Below are positions 58,301 to 64,000 of a DNA stretch of 64,000 nucleotides, one piece after another. The notes below the pieces were generated by a model that had not been told where the DNA came from, searched no databases, and saw only the letters and a program-made list of their open reading frames with translations. Location: the NCBI GenBank assembly GCA_028282885.1, contig JANQGX010000059.1:64906-128905 (forward strand), written 5' to 3'. Origin of the DNA: SAR324 cluster bacterium (GTDB lineage Bacteria; SAR324; XYD2-FULL-50-16). Within the stretch, counting starts at the first letter, position 1; the number at the start of each line of letters is the position of its first letter. The translations under genes were made by a program, and so were the position numbers.

Positions 58301-59424
58301 TCAGGCAGGTTTTGTTGAACCTGATAGGGAATGCAATAAAGTTCACAGAAGAGGGAGGTATCAATCTTGTTGCCAAGGAATCAGCAATTTATCAAGACCG
58401 TAAAACGGTCGACCTTATGATATCAGTTGAAGATTCAGGTGTTGGTATTGCCAAGGAAGAGCAGAAAAAGATCTTTGATGCTTTTTATCAACAGGATGGT
58501 CAGAATGAGAAGAGATATGGTGGGACGGGGTTGGGACTGGCGATATCTAAACGGCTTGTTGAATTGATGAAGGGTACCATCAGCGTGGAAAGTGAACGCG
58601 GGAAAGGGACTGCATTTCGAATTAATCTTAAGGAAGTGAAGATCCATGATGCGCCTGAAACCTGTTCCTCTAATATCACAAAAAAAATAACCGAAAAGGA
58701 TTGGACCTTTAAGCAATCGTCCCTTCTGATTGTGGACGATAATGAGCCCAATCGCAGCTACATCAAAGCGTGTTTTGCCGGTATTGAGCAGATAACAGTC
58801 ATTGAAGCAAATGATGGACATGAAGCGCTTAGCAAAGCGCGTAAGAACACCCCCGATCTAATCCTGATGGATATCAAGCTGCCGGGGATGAGTGGTACGG
58901 AAACACTTCAGCTTATGAAGCAGGATGATATTTTGAGCAAAATCCCTGTCATAGCTTACACGGCTTCCTATTTCGATGAGGATCTGAAACATATAAAACA
59001 AAGTGGCTTTTCTGATGTATTGAAAAAACCGGTCGTCAGCGATGCCTTGTTGTTGATGGTCAAAAAATATGTTGGATTGAGCCCTGCTCAAACCGATGTT
59101 CCGGATTTGGCTACAATTGATGAAACAGGGGACATTTCATCCGATCAGAAACACAAGATTACTGAAGTTGTTTCTATACTTGAGCAAGATTTCACGCCAC
59201 TCTGGCGCAGGCTTGAAAAAAAACAGAAGGTTGAAACCGTAAAAGAGATGGCAGGTCGACTTGTCGAAATTGGAAAACAAAATGACTGTGTTATGGTGAG
59301 CCAATATGGTGAGTTGCTCTCAAACTACATTGACAGTTTTGATGTGGCAAATATGAGAAGCCATCTTAAAGCATTTCCGGATCTGCTGGAAACATTAAAG
59401 AGGCGTTTAAATCCACACGAGTAG
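55327..59424 (+). CDS. Hybrid sensor kinase of the two-component-regulator-propeller type (signal peptide, Reg_prop beta-propellers, Y_Y_Y domain, TM, HisKA, HATPase_c, REC, and a degenerate HPt-like C-terminal helical domain)
   Basis: Repeated propeller blades ([45 protein letters not shown]...). Y_Y_Y domain ([45 protein letters not shown]). One TM ([17 protein letters not shown]). H-box ([15 protein letters not shown]). Receiver domain ([11 protein letters not shown]...[12 protein letters not shown]). Confidence 0.85.
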   Translation: MRNMFLLLCIFCLFHVVQPALSAQRFEAAFRYLTVDDGLPTNTVLDIAQGKKGFMWFATHAGLVRYDGRLFKVYRHDPENVNSPSHNIINTLAIDMDGNIWLGTGNGLNMLNPVTETFHRIPFVDVNENENDDPSIVDLLADQSGIIWLLTETGQLCRYDPQKRRFSKRPSQLVSQKGLLTRGLPRSLYEDSEGDLWIASEQGMIRFNKRSDQVSYVLNTNKPSTVRPVPFTMIVEDKQGRFWGLGVDAIKQFNKQSGGFVKSVKLKDESHFNRFMSSVSKLDDLYWYIYPPKGLIVLNPETFQRYIFKVDIQNEKALKEKEITKAYYQSSSGIVWVATWNGGLALLDLKKKPFYMHRRRPDQKNSLSSSKISAFAEAPGTNLWVGTKGGGLNYLDRAQGKFSHIRLNTDKNSGMPDDDITALLLDSKNVLWICTRVGGLWELEPNSNSIRHHPILEDKGIQKHLPGIKYHKKSPKKERHLSIPPPHYSKFSSLLEGEQGILWIGGWTGLVAYTPLQRHFQLYEPKITGNHWVSTRILDDGEGKLWFGLYLNGLASFDMSTLQFKHYFHKTGEPNSLSSNTVFGVEKGDDGLLWIATDKGLQSFDTTANVFSTYNKSQGLTNLTIRSIIKDKEGNLWLGTNSALSKFNPFDRQFINFDRSDGLHGNAFNENAVFKSQDGELYFGGQTGFSYFYPSEIHKSNDEPTIVITSLTQAGEPIQQNITPIYTDEITLTWPNNFFEFEFAALNFRNSSRNQYAYHLEGLDKTWFYTKNSGQGKYVNLPGGDYTLKLKANNSNGIWSRRPISLKVHVVPPFWQTWKFRLLILAAIIIILSVVFYLKYYQFKVKQLKATAQAQSEKNEALNKARTNAEIANKAKSDFLANMSHEIRTPMNSILGFADLLYGQIEDVRHRSYLEAIRSGGNVLLTLINDILDLSKIEARQTDIYYQPLSLKKVFDELANVFSLKLSQKNLRFTFEISDHLPDILLLDGARFRQVLLNLIGNAIKFTEEGGINLVAKESAIYQDRKTVDLMISVEDSGVGIAKEEQKKIFDAFYQQDGQNEKRYGGTGLGLAISKRLVELMKGTISVESERGKGTAFRINLKEVKIHDAPETCSSNITKKITEKDWTFKQSSLLIVDDNEPNRSYIKACFAGIEQITVIEANDGHEALSKARKNTPDLILMDIKLPGMSGTETLQLMKQDDILSKIPVIAYTASYFDEDLKHIKQSGFSDVLKKPVVSDALLLMVKKYVGLSPAQTDVPDLATIDETGDISSDQKHKITEVVSILEQDFTPLWRRLEKKQKVETVKEMAGRLVEIGKQNDCVMVSQYGELLSNYIDSFDVANMRSHLKAFPDLLETLKRRLNPHE

Positions 59425-59531
59425 AATGAAGGGTGGTGACTCAAAATCCGCAATCGTTCTGATTACGATATTTCAGGCAAAGTGAGGCAGGAATTCCAGG
59501 GTTAAAAACAAGTTCCCCGGCACCGCTGGAT

Positions 59532-61277
59532 TCAATCAATGCCGTGCTTTTCCATATATCTATAAAGGGTGTTTCTGCCAATTCCCAATGCTTTGGCAGT
59601 CTTGGCTTTATTCCATCGGTTTGCTTCCAGGGTTTGAATCAGCACTTCTTTCTTCAGTTTTGAAGCGTATAGAAAAGGAGATTCGGTGCTTTTGTTCTGA
59701 TATTCTGCGATCTCTTTGGGAATATGCTCCAATGAAATATATGTTCCTGAGCACAAAATACAGGCATGCTCAACAGCATTCCGCAATTCTCGAATATTAC
59801 CTGGCCATGGATAGGTCAGAAAGCGATGCATCGTCTGATCTAAAAATCCTTCGATCGGTTTGTTCACAGACTTGTTGAAGGTGTCGAAGAAATGCTGACA
59901 TAGCAAAGGAATATCTTCAGTTCTTTTTCTTAGCGGTGGTAGTTCGACCAGCATTCCCTTGAGGCGATAATAAAGATCTTCACGAAACGCTTTTTTCTCT
60001 ATTTTTTCCCTGAGATCGACATTTGTTGCTGCCACAACCCGAACATTGACGCGATTCGTTTTTGATTCACCAATTCGTTCAAACTCTTTCTGTTCAAGGA
60101 CCCTAAGAAGTTTCACCTGCATTTGGGGAGAAATATCTCCGATCTCGTCAAGAAATATCGTGCCTTGATCAGCCGCCTGAAACCGACCGATTCGATTCTC
60201 TATCGCACCGGTGAATGCACCTTTAACATGGCCGAACAGCTCGCTCTCAAGGAGACTTTCGGATAAAGCAGCACAATTAACCTTTATTAGCGGACCTTTG
60301 GACCGACTACTCCCGTAATGTAGGGCTTCAGCAATGAGTTCCTTTCCGGTTCCGCTTTCGCCGAAAATTAGAACGGACGTTTCAACATCAGCTATTTGCT
60401 CCAGTAATGCATAAATCTTCTGCATGGATTCGCTTTTTCCGATGATATTTCGAAATCCCTGGCGTTCCTGGAGTTTTGCTTCAAGCTCAGTTAATCGTGT
60501 AATATCATTTACGATCAGTAGAGTTCCCTGAAAATCCAGGCTCGGACCCGCCAAGGGGATCGTGCTTAAACTGATGGTTCTTTTCCTCTTTTTCGAATCC
60601 GCACGAAAAACCATGCGATTCGTCACCGGCGCTCCTGATTCAAATGTGTCTTTGATTACCCGATGGCAAACATCATCCTTGTCTTTGAAAACTTTCTGAA
60701 GCGTTTCAACCGAATCTGTTGGCTTGTCACAAATTGGATTGGGTATTCGGTTGACACTGAGAAGATTGAAATCTTTATCAACAGCAATCAGCGTTTCCGG
60801 AATACCTTGTATAATTGCATTCATCAGCAAGTTCGAGTGTTCTTTTTCTGCCACCGCCTCACTTAATGAATGACGGGTTTCAGCCAATTGCAAGTGATTC
60901 CGAATCCTTACTTTCACTTCCTCCGCATGAAAAGGTTTGGTCACATAATCATTGCCTCCGACTTCGAATCCTCGGATTTTATCTTCCAGCTCCTTTAATG
61001 CACTTAGGAATATGATGGGGATCTCCTTCAAGTGATCAATTTCCCGGATTTTTTTGCAGACTTCATATCCATTCATATCCGGCATATTCACATCCAGTAG
61101 AATCAGATCAAAAGAACTGGAACAGACCCAATCCATTGCTTCCTCACCATCCATGGCAAATTCGACCGTAAATCCTTCGTTTTTCAGAATGCTGCCAAGC
61201 AACTGGATATTGTTGGGTTCATCATCGACGATAAGAATGGAATTAAACGCGCTTTCTTTATAATCCACATCGTTCAT
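59532..61277 (-). CDS. Sigma-54-dependent response regulator (REC, PAS, AAA+ sigma-54 activator, HTH)
   Basis: Receiver domain (ILIVDDEPNNIQ...ILLDVNMPDMNG). PAS domain. Walker A (IFGESGTGKELIAEALH). GAFTGA motif (FGHVKGAFTGA). C-terminal Fis-type HTH. The start was chosen at MNDVDY (AAGGA RBS 9 nt upstream); the ORF extends to 61553. Confidence 0.85.
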   Translation of the reverse strand: MNDVDYKESAFNSILIVDDEPNNIQLLGSILKNEGFTVEFAMDGEEAMDWVCSSSFDLILLDVNMPDMNGYEVCKKIREIDHLKEIPIIFLSALKELEDKIRGFEVGGNDYVTKPFHAEEVKVRIRNHLQLAETRHSLSEAVAEKEHSNLLMNAIIQGIPETLIAVDKDFNLLSVNRIPNPICDKPTDSVETLQKVFKDKDDVCHRVIKDTFESGAPVTNRMVFRADSKKRKRTISLSTIPLAGPSLDFQGTLLIVNDITRLTELEAKLQERQGFRNIIGKSESMQKIYALLEQIADVETSVLIFGESGTGKELIAEALHYGSSRSKGPLIKVNCAALSESLLESELFGHVKGAFTGAIENRIGRFQAADQGTIFLDEIGDISPQMQVKLLRVLEQKEFERIGESKTNRVNVRVVAATNVDLREKIEKKAFREDLYYRLKGMLVELPPLRKRTEDIPLLCQHFFDTFNKSVNKPIEGFLDQTMHRFLTYPWPGNIRELRNAVEHACILCSGTYISLEHIPKEIAEYQNKSTESPFLYASKLKKEVLIQTLEANRWNKAKTAKALGIGRNTLYRYMEKHGID

Positions 61278-61549
61278 TTCATTTTTCGAATCCTTAGGTG
61301 GGAAATAAGTGCTGAGATGGCAGGGGGTCACATCAGATTCCCTACCCCTTAACAGGAATCCTGACCTATGATCCGAACTTCCAGGTCCAGGAATCCCATG
61401 TAGTTTATTTGAGGTTACCTGTTTTGATCTGACTGGGCAATTGAGAAAAAAACGTAAGACGGAGTTCATGAAGAGATGTGCAAATAGGTTTATCTTCTTA
61501 TTCGGATGGTAGGAAATCAGGCAGGTCCTGAAAGCCTGCCTGAAGATAA

Positions 61550-64000
61550 TCACCTGAAGATGTAAACTGCGCCGTTGTTGCTTCCATCGTCATTGGCTTC
61601 AGACAGGTCACTTCCATGGATGATATCGGTGCTGTTACTGTCTTCTCCGCTTGCTGAGATAGCAATCGTATCTGCATCCAGAGCAACTGATACACTGAAA
61701 TCATCCAGATTTCCGTTGTTTGGCGACTTGAGATAGGCTGTATGAGACCAGGTGGATCCATTTCTGCTGAACAGGTAGGCGGCACCATTCATATTACCAT
61801 CATTGTTTGTATCAGAAACATCACTGCCGTAAATGATCGAACTTGTCGATCCGTCCTCACTGGCTGCTCTGACCAGAAGCCGATCTTCATCTAAAGAAAG
61901 AGACCTGTTGCTGAAATAATCTGAACTTGAATTATTTGGAGCTTTTAAATATGCTTCATGGCTCCAGGTCGAATCAGATCGGGTAAATATGTAAACAGCA
62001 CCACTATTACTGCTGGTCCCGGCACTGTCGGCATCCGAAAGATCGCTGCCGTGGATAATGCTGCTATATGCGCTGTCCTCACCCATCGACCCAACAGCGA
62101 CCGTGTCACTATCAATAGCAAGAGCACTGCCGAAATAATCCTGGTCTGAGTTATTCGGTGCTTTCAAATAGGCTTCATGGGACCAGGTTGAACCGCTTCG
62201 TGTAAAAACATAAACAGCACCATTATCCGCTCCGCCCATGGAAGCCGCAGACAGGTTGCTTCCGTGAATAATAGTTGATGAATCACCATTTTCATTAGGT
62301 GAGGAGGCGACAATGGTATCCCCTGAAATAGCCACTTGTGTTCCAAAACAGCCTTGTGCGTCATTCGGTGCTTTCAGGTAAGCTTCATGACTCCAGGTTG
62401 AACCGGTCCTCGTAAAGACGTATGCTGCACCGATTTGGTCTCCATCATTATTTGTAGCTGACAAATCACTACCATGAATAATTGATGTTGTTTCACTCAT
62501 TTCATCTGGTGCCCCCACCACAATCGTGTCCCCGGAAATGGCAACCGAAGAACCAAACAGATGCTCTTCATTACCGTTTGGAGCTTTCAGGTAAGCTTCC
62601 AGGGACCACGTTGATCCACTTCGTGTAAAGACATATGCCGCACCATTTAATGTTCCTAAATCATTTGCATCCGACAGATCACTGCCGTGGATGATCGAAG
62701 TCGTGTTGCTCTCCTCATACCTTGCTCCCACCACAATGGTGTCACCTTCAATATCAAGGGCATAGCCAAACTGGTCACCGGTTGATGTATTCGGCGCTTT
62801 CAGGTATGCCTCTAAAGCCCAGGTAGATCCAGTTCTGCGGTAAACATGGACAGCCCCGCTTTCTACTCCATCATCATTTGTTGTCGAAAGATCACTTCCA
62901 TGAATAATCTCGGTGGTTGAGGAAGCTTCCTTATATACCCCTACAGCAAGCGTATCTCCTGATAAAGCAACACGATATCCAAATTGATCTTCATCTGATG
63001 TATTTGGGGCTTTCAAGTATGCTCTGTGACTCATTGAAATCTGTGTCGCTGTGACAATGTAGTCCGTTGATTCACCATCAGCAGCAGTGACGGTGTAGAT
63101 AACAGCTCCGGAAAAATCATTTGCTGATATTCCGCTGATCTGGGTTGAACCATCGACTGTAACAGATTCCCCGGTAGTGGAAAATGTAGCGATCAAACTG
63201 CTATCTTCAACAAGATAGGACAGATCAACTGAGATTGTTCCGTTTTCCTCATCAATGACACCCTCTAAATCTACGCTCACCCCGTCATTGTCTGTTGCGT
63301 TGAAACTGAAGTCTGTGATTGCCTTAGCCGTATTCGCCGCCCAGGAGACTGATACAGTATAGTCCTGTGTTGTGTTATCTGCAGCAGTGACAGTGTAGGT
63401 TACTGCATCACTAAAGTTGTTTTCTGTCGTTCCGCTGGTTTGGACGGTGCCTGAAACTGTCACGGTTTCACCGGTTGTTGTGAAATCAGCGATTAAACTG
63501 GTGAGGTCCGTTCCATACGGCACAGTTAGTGTTATATTGGTTCCACTGATCGTTGCAGCAGCATCACTGGAAAGCGCTGAATTGCTGTCAGCGGTAAAAC
63601 TGAAAGCGATTATCTCCTTATCAGAAGAATAGCTGACAACAGTTCCCGTAAGATCAGGTTCTCCGTCCCCATCGGTATCAATACCGCTGATATTGCCATC
63701 ATCGTCTTTTGTGATTGTCAGTACTGTACCGGAACCATTCTCTGAAGTATTCAATTCTGCTCTGCCTGTGGTTTCGTCAAGAATCCTCAAATAGAAATCA
63801 ACCTCATTGTCTTCAGTTACATCCACAGCATAGGTGGTGCTGGCAGATGTCGATGTACTGACATTTCTGTTTGAAGTTGTACTATCGGATTGCAGAAAAA
63901 CGAATTCCAGAGAATCTGTATCATTGTCCAGATCAACTCCATCCATACTATTATCCCCATCCTGGTCCACCAATGTGCCATTCACCGTGCCCCCGTCATA
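61550..64000 (-). CDS. Paralogous FG-GAP beta-propeller protein with Ig-like repeats; C-terminal part only, the N-terminus lies beyond the right window edge
   Basis: Two Ig-like repeats of the same family as in 33893-36925 (IIAFSFTADSNSALSSDAAATISGTNITLTVPYGTDLTSLIADFTTTGETVTV...). At least seven repeats of YLKAPN....FG..VAISGDTIVVGA..E.S.TSIIHGSDLS..N..G...GAAYVFTR.GSTWS.EA (FG-GAP). Stop at 61550. Confidence 0.75.
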   Translation of the reverse strand, partial: YDGGTVNGTLVDQDGDNSMDGVDLDNDTDSLEFVFLQSDSTTSNRNVSTSTSASTTYAVDVTEDNEVDFYLRILDETTGRAELNTSENGSGTVLTITKDDDGNISGIDTDGDGEPDLTGTVVSYSSDKEIIAFSFTADSNSALSSDAAATISGTNITLTVPYGTDLTSLIADFTTTGETVTVSGTVQTSGTTENNFSDAVTYTVTAADNTTQDYTVSVSWAANTAKAITDFSFNATDNDGVSVDLEGVIDEENGTISVDLSYLVEDSSLIATFSTTGESVTVDGSTQISGISANDFSGAVIYTVTAADGESTDYIVTATQISMSHRAYLKAPNTSDEDQFGYRVALSGDTLAVGVYKEASSTTEIIHGSDLSTTNDDGVESGAVHVYRRTGSTWALEAYLKAPNTSTGDQFGYALDIEGDTIVVGARYEESNTTSIIHGSDLSDANDLGTLNGAAYVFTRSGSTWSLEAYLKAPNGNEEHLFGSSVAISGDTIVVGAPDEMSETTSIIHGSDLSATNNDGDQIGAAYVFTRTGSTWSHEAYLKAPNDAQGCFGTQVAISGDTIVASSPNENGDSSTIIHGSNLSAASMGGADNGAVYVFTRSGSTWSHEAYLKAPNNSDQDYFGSALAIDSDTVAVGSMGEDSAYSSIIHGSDLSDADSAGTSSNSGAVYIFTRSDSTWSHEAYLKAPNNSSSDYFSNRSLSLDEDRLLVRAASEDGSTSSIIYGSDVSDTNNDGNMNGAAYLFSRNGSTWSHTAYLKSPNNGNLDDFSVSVALDADTIAISASGEDSNSTDIIHGSDLSEANDDGSNNGAVYIFR

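Noticed and set aside
1-64000. Search for a mobile element, prophage, defence island, CRISPR array, or rRNA/tRNA genes
   Set aside because: I recognised no transposase, integrase, recombinase, restriction or defence-type domain, Cas protein or short spacer-repeat array. The only tRNA-like signal is the isolated T-arm at about 31648-31676.

Overview
This 64 kb window is almost entirely minus-strand and dominated by signal-transduction genes. The domain content (aldehyde:ferredoxin oxidoreductase, sigma-54 activators, many sensor kinases) suggests an anaerobic, probably deltaproteobacterial (Desulfobacterales-like) chromosome; this is an inference from the sequence, not a database hit. Read from high to low coordinate on the minus strand, the left end is a chemotaxis operon: a divergent soluble MCP-like protein, two transmembrane MCPs, CheW, a STAS-domain protein, CheR, CheB, CheY, and the start of CheA, which runs off the window edge. 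Upstream of it lie a sigma-54 response regulator, a hybrid PAS kinase and a REC-PAS-HisKA_2 kinase. The middle of the window carries an AlkA-like DNA glycosylase, a PAS-domain gene remnant, lipoproteins, an SASA/SGNH esterase, a Trx-VKOR membrane oxidoreductase, a sensor kinase with a convergent SBP-like protein, and a long minus-strand block. In minus-strand transcription order that block is: an FG-GAP beta-propeller lipoprotein with five near-identical Ig-like repeats; a DUF2723/TMEM260-like GT-C glycosyltransferase; a TonB-like anchor; a translationally coupled 4TM-PilZ protein; a periplasmic-binding-protein::MscS channel fusion; and a secreted Kelch propeller. The right half holds a 7TMR-DISM kinase with a LuxR regulator, a degraded aromatic-amino-acid decarboxylase pseudogene, a tungsten-type aldehyde ferredoxin oxidoreductase, and a complete phosphate regulon (pstS, long-form pstC and pstA, pstB, phoU, phoB, phoR). 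Upstream of pstS is a phased 11-bp array of TGTTAG-type Pho-box-like hexamers. It continues with a triple-repeat lipoprotein, a Bacteroidetes-style propeller/Y_Y_Y hybrid kinase, a second sigma-54 PAS activator and a second FG-GAP paralog that runs off the right edge. I found no rRNA, intact tRNA, CRISPR array, transposase or obvious defence system. The most novel-looking candidates are the PilZ / PBP-MscS / Kelch coupled operon, the GT-C (O-mannosyltransferase-like) gene next to the Ig-repeat FG-GAP lipoproteins, an MCP with two periplasmic CZB-like zinc-binding modules, and the soluble double-tip MCP-like protein.
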